Numbered from the stretch's first letter, positions 12,420-25,100 are shown. The stretch is DNA of 64,000 bases from Octopus sinensis (GCF_006345805.1 NC_043014.1:50220001-50284000); one strand, 5' to 3'. Notes: a model not told the origin generated them from the sequence alone. Made by a program: numbers and translations.

Positions 12420-12795
12420 GGTTTGGCTGTGTAATTGCTTCTCAACCATGTAGTCTAGGGTTCAAGTCCCATTGCATGACATCTTGGGCAGTGTCTTCAA
12501 TTATAGCCCAGAGCCAACCAAGGTCTTGTGAGTGGATTTGGTAGATGGAAACTGGAAGAAGCTTATTATGTCTGTGTGTCTTAACATCACGTGATAGTTG
12601 TAAATGAGCACCACCATCATACAGCGTCATCCGTTTCCAATATTATGTGAAAAATATGTCTGGCAATGGAGAAATATTAACTTGCTTGGAAACAGGTGAG
12701 GGTTGGTGACAGGAAGGGCATCCGAATGTAGAAAAGCTGCTTCAACAAATTCCATCTGACCCATGCAAACATGGACATTAAATGATGATGATGAT
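12420..12795 (+). mobile_element. SINE family C (family-A head plus RTE-like 3' tail)
   Basis: Head tggctgtg...ggttcaagtcc...ttgggcagtgtcttc; ends acaggaagggcatcc...catggacattaaatgatgatgatg. Confidence 0.7.
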
Positions 12796-12865
12796 AATGT
12801 AGCATTACATTATCTAATTATATCCTTTACAAAAAGGTATTAGGGTACGATTTAAAGGAGATTTA

Positions 12866-13076
12866 AAGGCAGCGAGCTGGCAGAAACGTTAGCACACCGG
12901 GCGAAATGCCTAGCAGTGAGTTCAAATTCCGCCGAGGGCGACTTAGCCTTTCATCCTTTCAGGGTCGATAAATTAAGTACCAGTTACGCACTGGGGTCGA
13001 TATAATCAACTTAATACCTATGTCTGTCCATGTTTGTCCCCTCTATGTTTAGCCCCTTGTGGGTAATAAAGAAATA
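12866..13076 (+). mobile_element. SINE family B with 18-bp target-site duplication
   Basis: Flanked by ggtacgatttaaaggaga (12844-12861) and ggtatgatttaaaggaga (13077-13094). Confidence 0.9.
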
Positions 13077-13239
13077 GGTATGATTTAAAGGAGAGTTGGC
13101 TGCTATTTCTAGCAGGGCAAGTGATCACATAGAAGCTCCCTCATACTTTTGGATTTAGTGAGTCTCATACATTACAAAGGTATAATAACAAAAATATTTA
13201 CTTAGCAACCTAAATATTTGATATTTCCCCATCATTTAC

Positions 13240-13314
13240 TTGTAATGGAAATTTCAGTTCCAAAACTTATGCCAGAGAAGTGATAATTTTGTTCTCCGTA
13301 GTATGGTACTAAAC
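13240..13314 (-). CDS. Candidate 75-nt exon, (G)LVPYYGEQNYHFSGISFGTEISIT
   Basis: ttttgataaattag acceptor, gtaaat donor; single open frame (phase 1 to 1). Confidence 0.6.
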
Positions 13315-13421
13315 CTAATTTATCAAAAATAAATTCTATTTTCAAGCAGTTTGGTGTTTTAACATCAAATGTATGCCATTTGATGTTGATGCAAAAAAAA
13401 ATAGAAAATGGCATTTGTTAC

Positions 13422-13440
13422 CCTCTGAAGAGGAAGGATA
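13422..13440 (-). CDS. Candidate 19-nt micro-exon, YPSSSE(G)
   Basis: tttatttcaagttttag acceptor, GG|gtaaca donor; a 107-nt intron leads to the next exon in matching phase. Confidence 0.5.
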
Positions 13441-13947
13441 CTAAAACTTGAAATAAACCCAGCTTTTAAATTATGAAGCAGCACTATTTTTATTACAGTT
13501 TTTAACTCTCTGTCATTTCACATTCTAAGTTCCATTAAGAGAGAGAGAGAGAGAGAGAGAGGAGAAGAAAAGGAGAGATAACAACAAATAAGTACCAGCC
13601 ATTTGACTATACAATACTGCCCACCACTCACAAAACAAATGGTGCCTTATGCTACTATGTTTACTAACTGAAAGTATTATACTTCTTACTGCTAATAAGC
13701 AAAAATGATCATAACCATTGTTTTTCCCTGTCTAAATAAAATGCTGTAAAATATTCTTTCCTGATCAAAATCTGATTAGCCAGCTTCATATCATAAAATG
13801 GAACTTGAATGCAGAAGAGTTACAAAGACTAAAAAGAAATCAAGCATGTTCCATATACAAACAAACAGATGGGGAAATGGAGCATAAAAGGAAACAAATG
13901 TAATGTAGGAGATAGAAGACCGCTAGTACAGGAACATAATGTATATC

Positions 13948-14195
13948 ATCATCATCATTTAGCATCCGCTTTCCATGCTAGCATGGTTTGGACGGTTCAA
14001 CTGGGGTCTGGGAAGCCAGAAGGCTGCACCAGGCCCAGTCTGATCTGGCAATGTTTCTACAGCTGGATGCCCTTCCTAATGCCAACCACTCCGTGAGTGT
14101 AGTGGGTGCTTTTTACATGCCACCAGCACAGGTGCCAGATGAGGTTGGCAAACGGCCACGATCGGATGGTGCCTTTTACGTGCCACCGGCACGAA
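13948..14195 (-). mobile_element. RTE 3' tail fragment
   Basis: Nearly identical to 11373-11610 but carries only about one unit of the 63-bp repeat. Confidence 0.8.
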
Positions 14196-15420
14196 GGATG
14201 ATATTTGTAGGAAAAAAAGTACAGGGTTCTCAAAGGAAAATGTGGAAGGTGGAGACCCAGAAAGACACAGGATAAAAGATCAGGATGCTGTGCTTTACAG
14301 GAGGCAATGATTAAGATAATAGGCCACATGCAGAGTCAGAGAGGGCCAACTGCATAAAGCAATCATAGCGAAATGAACGTTAAAAGCATTTAAAACAGGT
14401 TGTAATGATGACAACTGGGAAGTATCTGTCTGGGTCTCTCCTTAACAATCCCAGCTAAATCTACATCAGCTGCTTTTCGATATTCTCTCCTCTCCCTGTT
14501 ACTCATCTGTCTCATCTCCTATACTGTTGATGTGACTTAAGGATGACAACTGTTTTCCTCTCTATTACAACCCCCATAACCGATTCTACTTTCATACTGT
14601 CACCTCCTCCACCCATATCTCAGTTTATGCCTTAAATGAATGAACACACCAGAGTAGTGAGGACTTGTCAGGCTAACAAAGTACAAGGCAACCTCACAAG
14701 TGCTGGTGCAATGATTAAATGCAGCAAGCATACTACAAAGTTTGGCAAAGGAACAGAGATGATTAAATATTAAGATTCTGTAGTCTTACCAAGGACATGA
14801 CAAATTCTCTAGTGCTGGTACCATACTAAAATGCAATATAAAACAGCTGGTAATAAGGGCAACTGCTGTACAAGCCATGCCAAAAATTAAATGGCTGGGG
14901 GATTGTCCCCTGACCTACATGGAAGAGCAGTAACTCCAAATAAGGACTCAGTCTATGAGGACTGCCCAACTCATGCTAGCATACCGACAAGTTTTAAATC
15001 TGTAAATTTATCAACAGTAACCTCTTGAATGTGGTGACATGAGCTTTGAATAGCCATTAATTATTCTTTAATCACAACAATAAAACACTAAGGAGAGAAA
15101 CCTTTCAAAAAACAAGCATATTTAACAAAAAAAAATGCTTTTAAATAAATAAATAAAAGCATAAATTTTTTTAAATGGCAAAAACAAGTTTCCAACATTG
15201 GCTCCTGGCCAGAATTTTCAAGGCAGGAGGGAGAAGGTTGCTAATACAAATAATTTCTAATAGTTTTGTTTTATCAATACGAAAAGTCAAGATGTGACTA
15301 AATACTGTCTGGTGACTGACTATTTACCAGTCACAAGCTTAGACAACAATCAGACTAATAAAATTCTGTCATGTAGCTTTCAGACATGCTCTCTGGTAAA
15401 GTCAACAATGAGAGCCATAA

Positions 15421-15590
15421 TCTACCAGAAATAGCAGTCAAATCTCCAAATCACACCCTGTCACTTTGGTAAAGGAAAGGATGCCCTAGACAATGTAATC
15501 TATAGGTAACCCAGAAAAGGCAGAGAGTTTTGTCTGATCATAGGTCTACTTGGTCAGCATTGACCTGGGGCTAAACAACAACAAAGATCG
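15421..15590 (+). mobile_element. Dispersed repeat family D (agaaatagcagccaaatc...gacctggggctaaacaacaac), probable retroposon 3' end
   Basis: Related pieces lie at about 7190, 8540, 18950, 20700, 27130, 29450, 31300, 37445, 42040, 48875 and 50690; (AAC)n-like tail. Family not identified. Confidence 0.55.
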
Positions 15591-16519
15591 GAAAATACAG
15601 TTAGTGAGATTAGTTTTTCCCAGAAGAGATAAAAGAAACAATGTATGGGACGAGATATTGTAATGACTGTTGTAATTAATGAAGGACATCAGTGAAAGAG
15701 AGGTTAAGATCTTATACTGTTCACATTAAGACGATCAACTGCCTATTGATGTCACAGTCAGTTAATCAAATGCCTATTGCTGTTACACACAGCTAAGCCC
15801 CTATTACAGTCACAGGCAGCTAAGCCTATATAATAGTCACAGCTTATCAAGTTCCTATTACAGACACAATCAGCAACTTCAAGGATCTATGGATGTCTCT
15901 GCTATATAATGTAGGGTTAACAGTGGGTTTTTGGCATGTGTAATGTGGAAAGAACCTTTGAACTCAGATCCGTAATAAAAAGAATGTTTTCTTACAAGAC
16001 TAGGAAAGTCAGCCTAAAACTATGCATTCCTTAGAAATATACCTTAGATGATTTCGATATATAAAGAGAAATATTTTTTAAATTATGGGGTGGGGGTGGG
16101 GCACCAACCAAAACCAGATACTTCAAGTATGCATTTAAAGGCCAACACAAAAGAGTGATAATGTCTGTATATCTGATTAAAGTGTCAGCAGTTTTCAAAT
16201 AATCCTTTTTTTCATCTTAATAGTAATTTTTTTTTCATGAATAATCACTATACCCCACCATTTATATATATACATACACACACACATACTGAAAAAACAA
16301 TAGGACCTTTATGTTGCCACAAACTGCTACAAAGATCAGACCTAGATAAGAGACCAAACCTCCATTTTATGAACCAGATTTTAAACTCTTTTGCATTCAG
16401 ATTACAGTCAAATCTAAATGCTTATTTATTATTCATATACAATGTTTTGAATTAACCATGTATTATATCTTAGCTTTGAAATTTCGATGATGCGATTATT
16501 TTCAGAATAACATTGTAGG

Positions 16520-17582
16520 CTGTGGGAGAAGCTGAATCTGACCAGTTTGAACGTAAAACAAGGTAGGAAATTTGATCCAGATATAGCTTTTTTGTGTGGT
16601 AGATGCACAGGTACAATAAACACCAAAACTGCACAGAAAATAGACTCCAACTGCCAGGAGGAGAGTAGATAGCTTCTGTTACCTAGGTGATCAAGTTGGT
16701 AGCAAAGGTGGATGCTCTGAGAGCATAGCTGTTGGAATAAGATTCAGCTGGGCAAAGTTTATAGAATTCCTACCTCTGCTGGCAATAAAAGGCCTTTCTT
16801 TCAGAGTGAAAGGCAGATCGTATGATGCCTGTATGCGAACAGCTATGGCTACATGGCAGTGAAACATGGGCTGTGACAGTCATGGACATGCGCAGGCTTG
16901 GAAGAAATGAAGCCAGTAGGTTTCACTGGATGTGCAATGTCAGTGTGCATGTATGACAGAGTGTAATCATCTTGAGACAAAAGTTAGGCATAGGAAGCAT
17001 CAGTTGTGGTGTGCAAGAGAGATGACTGTGCTGGTATGGTCATGTGATGCGTATGGATGAGGACGCTGTGTAAAGAAGTGCCAATCTTTAACAGTGGAGG
17101 GAACCTGTGGTAGAGGTAGACCCAGGAAGACGTGGGATCAGGTGGTGAAGCATGATCCCCAAACTTCAGGCCTTACAGAAGCAATGACTAGTGACAGACC
17201 TTTGGCGATATGCTGTGCTTGAGAAGACCCATGAAGCCAAGTGAAATCACAGTTGTGGCTGATGCTGGTGTCCTACATGCAGGATAAACGTAAAAAGCAT
17301 TGAGCCTCACAGAGGCAATGACCAAAACCTTTGGCATTATGTTGCATTTGAGAAGAAGACCCATCAAGCCAAGTAAAATTGCAGTTGTGGCAGATACCAG
17401 TGTCGTGCCAGTGGCACATAAAAACACCCATTACACTCTTGCAGTGGTTGGTATCAGGAAGGGCATCCAGCCATAGAAACCATGACAAAACAGACTGGAG
17501 TCTGGTGCAGCCTTCCAGCTTGCCAGCCCTGGTCAAACCATCCAACCCATACCAGCATGGACAATGGACATTAAATGATGAT
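16520..17582 (+). mobile_element. Decayed RTE LINE, ORF2 C-terminal part and 3' UTR
   Basis: Reads DSFCYLGD, HGSETWAV, WYGHVMRM and GTCGRGRPRKTWDQVVKHD; ends gacattaaatgatgat. Confidence 0.88.
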
Positions 17583-18468
17583 AAATTTAAATGCTAATGA
17601 GCTAAAATAGATTCAAAAAATAGAAGGTTGTCATGGCTGGACTGCCTTTAATCAAAAGCATGCTAAACTCTTCAGCATTTAGTGACCAGATTTAGCCTCT
17701 CACATCTACCCTACAACGTCACTCTGAAAAATTAACAATCACATCATCAAAATCTCAAAGATACAAGATGATGCTTGATTAATTCTAAACAATGTGATTA
17801 GATATGCATTACATTTGACAGAGTAATCTGAATGTAAAAGGGTCAGTCAAAGGAGGATAGGAACCAAGCAGAAAGTAAATTATTGCAAATAATGGAAAAA
17901 AGCTCCCAGGAGGGACAAGAAAATTAGTATTCACAAATTATTTGATATAATTCAGATAAAAGATTATTACTGATGGACTAAGTTGAGATGATTTAATTAA
18001 AGGGTATTCTGTAATAATGAGTGAAACTTCATGCAGTGCAATCCAACATCCGACTGATCAAAGCATTTCAACCATGACAATCTCATCTTAATTTCAGAAT
18101 GTATTCAAAAGTGTTCTGTTTGTTTCCATGCAAACATCTGGTCATGGGAAAGATTTCCTTGCTTGGAAACAGGCAAAGATTGGCAACAGGAAGGGTATCC
18201 AGCCGTGTAGAAAATCTGCCTCAATGAATTTTGATCCATGCAAGCAACGAAAAGTGGATGTTAATTGATGATGACACTTTGAAAGCAACAGCTCCCTAAT
18301 GACTGAGACCAATTAAAGATGCCAGGAACACCATTATAATTGGAGCATTTAGAAAATAACAAAGAAGAACCAGGAAATAGCTTATTTATGTTTAAAATAA
18401 ATTCAAAATTATTAGCAATTTATTCAATTTTAGGGTTCAGTCTCCGATCTGCTGGTATCTGCTTCACA

Positions 18469-18635
<167 letters not shown>

Positions 18636-18661
18636 CTCCCCACAAAGAAATACACCCACAC

Positions 18662-18709
18662 CTGTATGGAATGACAAGCAAATTCTAGCAGATCCAAGAT
18701 AAAACTGAC
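18662..18709 (-). CDS. Candidate 48-nt exon, (C)QFYLGSARICLSFHT
   Basis: Acceptor ctgtgacctctttaag, donor CAG|gtgtgg; the phase-1 reading matches the 19796 exon. The phase-0 frame is also open. Confidence 0.45.
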
Positions 18710-19795
18710 CTTAAAGAGGTCACAGATGACCAAAGAGAACAGGATATATTAGACAATGGGGGTGAGATTAAAGTTTGTAATAAACTTATGTAATTTCTTT
18801 CAATCAGCAGACTTGGGGCAGAATAACAAAATCATCCATCTATTTATATAAAATAGATATACACATACAGTAAATTCTCTCACTTTCTCCTCCATTCTTA
18901 TTCTCTCTCTCTCTTCTACACACACACACACACACACACACATGCTGCTAAAAGGACCAGATGGTCATGCTGTAACACTTGATCATAGATCCGTTTAATC
19001 AGGGCTGACCTTGGGTTAAACAATAACTGTAAATTTAATACATTTTTCACTAAAAAAACTGAAACCAAGTTTAGACTCAAACCTGACAAGTTACACTATT
19101 CTACCATATCCATAACAATATCTAGTGGGTGTGTGTGAAGGTACACACAAACATTCTTATATCTCTAGTATATCAGCAGATATGGTGGATTTTAAATTAG
19201 TTTCTAAATCTAAATCATAAAATAAGCCAAAATACAGCAACAATCTTGATTAAACATGGTCAAATTCGTTAGTTCCCAATTTTTAATTATACATTTGCAA
19301 TTTAATTGCTTAGCTACAACATAGAAAAAATTCTTTGACTTTCACTCTATAAAATAATTCTTTTCCTGCCTACATTCAACATTTTGTATTGTTTTAAATC
19401 AAATGTAAATATTATCAAAACGAGTACCATTTCATTAAGTAACCCAATAAAACTGCTATATTTAGGGATCATATAACTGAAGTGAAAGAGAGAGGGGGGG
19501 GAATCCCCATTCCTTTTTTAAGTCCTGTTCCTTATCGCATAAGGCTAACTGAAATTAATACTGCAGGCAGTTCCAGGTCTTTAACATGAAACCCAACCTA
19601 AAATATAAGGAGACATTTTAGTTATAAATCTAGCTTTATAAAAAAAAAGACTTTAAATTACACTATTCCTAAAACTGCTAAAATTCATTTTTGCTGGAAC
19701 GCTAATTAATTTATTATAAATCCTTGTCAAAATATATCAAAATGTTCCCCTCACATTGCTTTTCTGTGAATAAAAAAAATGGCTTTGTGTCTTAC

Positions 19796-19919
19796 AGACT
19801 TCTCCAGTTTTGTTTTCAACTAATGTGAACCAAATAGGAATCATTTTATTTCTTTCAGCAACCAGACTGAGAGGCTGTATGGCTACATCGACCTTAGAAG
19901 GAAGTAAAGTGAAGTGAAC
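19796..19919 (-). CDS. Candidate 124-nt exon, VHFTLLPSKVDVAIQPLSLVAERNKMIPIWFTLVENKTGEV
   Basis: atcctttccag acceptor, gtaaga donor, 41 open codons. Alternative in-frame acceptors exist. Confidence 0.55.
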
Positions 19920-20052
19920 CTGGAAAGGATTTGAACTTAGAACATAAAGGGGTGAAAATAAATACCAAAATGTATTTAGTTATGCACTACTGATTGTGCT
20001 TCCTCATGAGTAAAGCATGTAAATATTTCAGTGACTAGTTGCAAACAATGTT

Positions 20053-20054
<2 letters not shown>

Positions 20055-20142
<88 letters not shown>

Positions 20143-20145
20143 AGC
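20055..20145. repeat. (GA)n microsatellite
   Basis: Directly visible. Confidence 0.98.
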
Positions 20146-21419
20146 ACGAGAGGGCTGATACAAAAACTTAACTAGATTGAGATGTTCAATGTTAGATTAG
20201 CAGCAGCCCCATCACGACAGTATAGTTAGGAAGAAATAAATAACTTAAGATATATCAGCGCAAAATCCTATCAAATCCAACTCGGTGTCTGTTTTGTCTT
20301 TTAAACAATGATAACAAGCAATAGGTAGCAAAATATTGGGGAAGAAAGCTTATGAAATACAGGGAAATATTTTACACAGCACTGTAGGAAGGGGGGAAAA
20401 ACCTCAAACTCAATATTAGTAGGGAACTTGGAATTTACATAGTTTCCTCTTTTATATCCAATACCAAACTTCACCAGGAGGTGAGAAGCTATGTTACACT
20501 GTATCTAGCAGTATACACCCTGTTTCTGTCAAAGTACTAACATGCAACATGACAAGCAGTTGTCAAATGACATTGCCTTCATCTTCAAATTAACATGTGC
20601 TATCCACAATTAAATAAACAATCACATCACATAACTCAAACCAGTTTCTTTAAATCTGCTCTGCAAAATCTCTCCCTTCAAAGAAGAGATTGTTCAACCA
20701 GGGCACTTCTGATTGAGCAGGCCTATGATCAAAGGCATTCCAGCTGGGATTTACCTTGTACCTCTATAATATAGCTTTATTGCTTAATGAATCCTTCCAC
20801 TTAAGACAATAGCATGTGACTTGAGGGAATCTGGCTGCTATTTCTAGCAAGTCAGGCGATGATAGAAGCTTCCTCGGTATTCAAAGGAAATATTTAAGTG
20901 TCTTATGTAAAACAAATAGACAAGACATAAGTATTTTTGTATCATCATTGATGTGTATTACTAATATTCCTTGAATTATAAAATAATTTGTAGCATTATC
21001 ATTTAAGTTTGCTTTCTATACTGGCACCAGATGGCTAAATAGGATCCAATAGGTTAGAACACCCACCCACTCACCCGTCTTGTTCTGATTTCTTAGTTTC
21101 TTTGGCTGGATGTATTCCCTAATGTCAAACACTGACAAGAAAAGTGTACAGGGTACATCCTTTTTGTGGTATCAGCACTAGTGAGAGCTAATGTAAAAAT
21201 GTCCGTTTTACTAAAATCAGTTCCAAAGAATTACATGAAAATATCTGAAGACCATTACAAAAGAAATTTATTTACAGGAATTATAAGAACAGAATTATAA
21301 AAAATAGTTAATATTTAGGAACAGGGCTAAAATGAAATTCCTTTGATTCTATGAAATCAAATGCATTTGCATTGTAGAGACTTGCAAATACAGTCCTAAA
21401 AAGCAAGACGGGGTCAAAC

Positions 21420-21458
21420 TTTCAAATATGAAATTCTGTTTTGTGGTTTCAGGCAGCA
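21420..21458 (-). CDS. Candidate 39-nt exon, LPETTKQNFIFE
   Basis: cataattttag acceptor, weak gtttga donor; phase 1 to 1. Confidence 0.25.
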
Positions 21459-22411
21459 CTAAAATTATGACAGAAACGACAATCATATTTTAAAGAGAAT
21501 TAGCATAAAACTTATAGAAACATCACTTTACTGCATCTCGACTGACACACAACAGGAAGTCCTTCAATAATCAACTTCGACTGTCTTCTCTATGATGTAG
21601 GTCATGTTAGAAGTAATCCCATCTCCTCCATTAATTTCTGTCCTGAAATACTGTGATCCAGTTGAAGGTATTAATGGCCTGCGCTTTTCCTGTTGTTTAC
21701 CTACAATTCTTATTAACCTAGTTAAAGTCTAGCCTGAATTCCTCTAAAACTAGAACTGTCAGTAAAATATTTAGCCATCTCCAAGTGAGTTCCCACCATA
21801 ACTTTTCCATGATAGGAAGGGAATTTCTTATGTTCGTGATCTGTGTCAAGTGCCACCACCTGACAATGATATACAGCTAAGTTTGAGTGTCTCTAAGTGA
21901 ACAATAGCAGTTACAGATGGTTATGAAATTCCAGTCAAGGTTCGGGGAGAGGAAGAAATCTCAATATTTCACCCATGACATTCAATTCTATAGTCTCAAC
22001 AGGTGATCAATTATATTTGTTGCATTGCTTGTAGATTTGAGTAAAGTCTTATTGATTATTGTTCACACAGTCACACACCAAACACTGTGTCTTTGGATTC
22101 CTAGTAACAAATAGTATATTGGACTGCTAGTCACAAATGCCATCTGCTTGATATAAATGGTCCAACCCATATGGTTAAGATGTAGAATGCTTAAAACTAT
22201 ATTCCAGCATAGCCTTAAATTGAATACCAACTTGAACAATTAAAAACTTATCCTTTTACTGTATGCAACCAAATTATTTTATTTTCAAAATTTAGAGAGG
22301 AAAAGAAACTCTGCAGATATATGGTAAAAATGGAATGATGTAAGAGAATAACTACAAAATTTACATCTGGAATTGTACACACACAACATAAATATTATCA
22401 CAACTCCAAAC

Positions 22412-22441
22412 CTGCATCCTGCTTCAATGCAGGGTTCCATT
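22412..22441 (-). CDS. Candidate 30-nt exon, WNPALKQDA
   Basis: tttatgtattctag acceptor, CAG|gtttgg donor; phase 1 to 1 links 24321 and 21458. Confidence 0.25.
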
Positions 22442-22786
22442 CTAGAATACATAAACACAGATACACACACATAAGGATACAGGCTCTGGAGCCTGTAAAT
22501 TTTTACCAACTCTGACTAAATGGAAATTGCAATGTGTGTTAAGATTTCAGATATAATTCAACAGTTTTTTGCACCAAAAATAATCAAAGCAGTGCATCAG
22601 CATGGCTGCAGTCTAATGACTGAAAAATGCATAAGCAAAATCAAATTTAAAGGTTTTTCTATGAGGGTAGATCTAGTAGAAGCAAATCTATTTAAAAAAA
22701 CAAGACATTAGTAAAGTTAGAACTTTTTATTTAACCCTTACCCTGTTTATACGCAACTTTCCTTTAATCAATTCTGTAAGGATAAC

Positions 22787-23178
22787 TTACTCTTTTACTT
22801 GTTTCAGTCATTGACTGTGGCCATGCTGGAGCACTGCCTTTAGTCGAGCAAATCGACCCCAGGACTTATTCTTTGTAAGCCCAGTACTTATTCTATCGGT
22901 CTCTTTTGCCAAACCGCTAAGTTACGGGGACGTAAACACACCAGCATAGGTTGTCAAGCAATGTTGGGGGGGGGGCCCCAAACAGACACACAAACATTAT
23001 ATATATATATATATATATGGTGGGCTTCTTTCAGTTTCCGGCTACCAAATCCACTCATAAGGCTTTGGTCAGCCCGAGGCTATAGAAGACACTTGCGCAA
23101 GGTGCCACGCAGTGGGACTGAACCCGGAACAATGTGGTTCGTAACCAAAGCTACTTACCACACAGCCACTCCTACGCC
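22787..23178 (-). mobile_element. SINE family A
   Basis: High identity to the other family A copies. Confidence 0.9.
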
Positions 23179-24320
23179 TATAATATTTTATCAAATACTT
23201 TTGGCCGCATTAAACAATCTTTCAAGTTACATTCACTTAAAATTTTATATTCAAAATGTGCTTTAAATATGGGGGATATGTATTTTGAGTTTTTCTTTTA
23301 AAATTATCTGTTATAGAGTATTCAATCCTTTTATCTTAAATTTGATAGAATTTAGATTTTTGCAAATGGTAAACAAAAGATATTCATTTTCTTTGTTCGT
23401 CCGTACGCATGTACATGGCCTAGTATTTAGGGTGTTGCACTCGTGATTGCAAGGTCATGGTTTCAACTCCTAGACTGGGTGGTGCTTTGTGTTCTTAAGC
23501 AAAACGCTTCATTCTGCATCGCTCTGCAATCACTGACACCTGACATGTGGCACGCCATGCACCTGTTCAGGTAACATCGATTTAATGGAGTGAGTGGGTT
23601 AATGTACAACACTTGCATTCGATCACTATAAACAAACCATTTGTGCAGTCATTCAGCAAAGGCTGAACACTCATATGCTGTCTTCGATGGAAGGGTCCAT
23701 CAGCTGTAAAATATGGGCTCACGTTTCTATTCATAGGAAAATGGATGCAAACAAAATCATACACACACACACACACACACACATATTGTACCTATAAATG
23801 AGATTGCACCTAGAAAGTTCCCTTACAAAGCACAAATCCCAGGCAAGGATGTTTATGGAAGATCAGCAACTCTCTATGCATACCAGCCTCCCCTCTCCAC
23901 GCCACCGATATTATCCAAGGGAATGGCAAAGGTTGATACAGCTTGGCATCAGTGACATCAAGTGCCTTGCTCAAAAACACAACATATATCCCAGTCTAGA
24001 AATTGAACTCATTACCTCATGATTGTGAGCCCAATGCTCTAACTACTGAACCATGTGCCTTCACTATATATGTATGCCATGCCCATGCCAACACAGAAAG
24101 CACACAAGAATAACATATGCAAAAGCAAATACAAACAAACACACAATCAGTTCTCCCAACTCTATGATGTGTCTGTTTATTCTGCAATTACTTTAGAATG
24201 AATTCTGTGAAGTGGTTGAGGACTGGGTGGTGACATTGTAAGTCAAGAGTATCTTAAACCAGGCCTAATATGGAATTAACTCTAAATGAGAACAGATGCA
24301 ATTCATGACAGCCCACTCAC

Positions 24321-24357
24321 TCCATACTAACAAGGTAAATGGATGTAAGACGATGAC
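24321..24357 (-). CDS. Candidate 37-nt exon, VIVLHPFTLLVW
   Basis: Consensus gtgagt donor and atagatag acceptor; two frames are open. Confidence 0.35.
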
Positions 24358-24669
24358 CTATCTATACATAAACTATATATATCTATAAATGTATAGACAT
24401 GTGCTTACATAAAAGTATAAGCATACACATGTATGTATATTATTAATTTTATTGAAATATTTGAGTTCAGGAAAAAGCCTATTAACATTCAGTATTAAGG
24501 AGAACATGAGTCTATACAGCTTCACCAATTTATTTTGAACATGTAATATAGAAGACTGGTAGAGAAACTAAGGAGTTGACCATTGGACACAAAGAGTTAT
24601 ATTAGAAACATGAGAAATGCCAGAGTGGCAGTGACACAAGCCCAGCCAGCTGCAAGGAACCAAAGCCAT

Positions 24670-24885
24670 TATATTAGCTTAGCACATCAGGCAAAATGCT
24701 TGGCGGTATTTAGTCTGCTGCTACGTTCTGAGTGCAAATTTTGCTGAGGTCGACCCCGCATTTCATCTTTTTTTGGGTCAATAAATTAAGTACCAGTGAA
24801 GCACTAGGGTCAACGTAATCAACCAGTCCCCTCCCACCAAATTTCAGGCCTTGTGCATTTAGTAGAAAGGATTATATTAGTAGCG
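24670..24885 (+). mobile_element. SINE family B variant, diverged
   Basis: Contains gcaaaatgcttggcggtatt...gaggtcgac...taaattaagtaccagt...aatttcaggccttgtgc. Confidence 0.75.
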
Positions 24886-24999
24886 GAAAAGAGAGAAGGA
24901 ACAGTATGTGCCAAAAACTGGAGCACGTCTTTAATTTTATGTCAATCAGTTCAAGTGGCTCTTTTCTGAATGTGACCTAGGATGTGTGTGTGTGTGCAC

Positions 25000-25100
25000 C
25001 AGCAGTACTACCATCCCAGATGTGAGAGCAATGTTTTATTGGGGGGGCTCAACTGATTTTTGTACAAAATAACTGTTGGAATCTGAAGTTCTCTTCTGTT
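25000..25100 (-). mobile_element. Short Jockey/CR1-like LINE fragment
   Basis: Minus strand gives ILYKNQL(S)P, then after a frameshift KHCSHIWDGS, resembling the LYKAQxRPxxEYCSHIW motif downstream of RT. Confidence 0.45.

Noticed and set aside
24197-24237. Plus-strand 41-nt exon-like segment with good acceptor and gtaagt donor (NEFCEVVEDWVVT)
   Set aside because: It is isolated, with no partner plus-strand exons found; such signals occur by chance in 64 kb.
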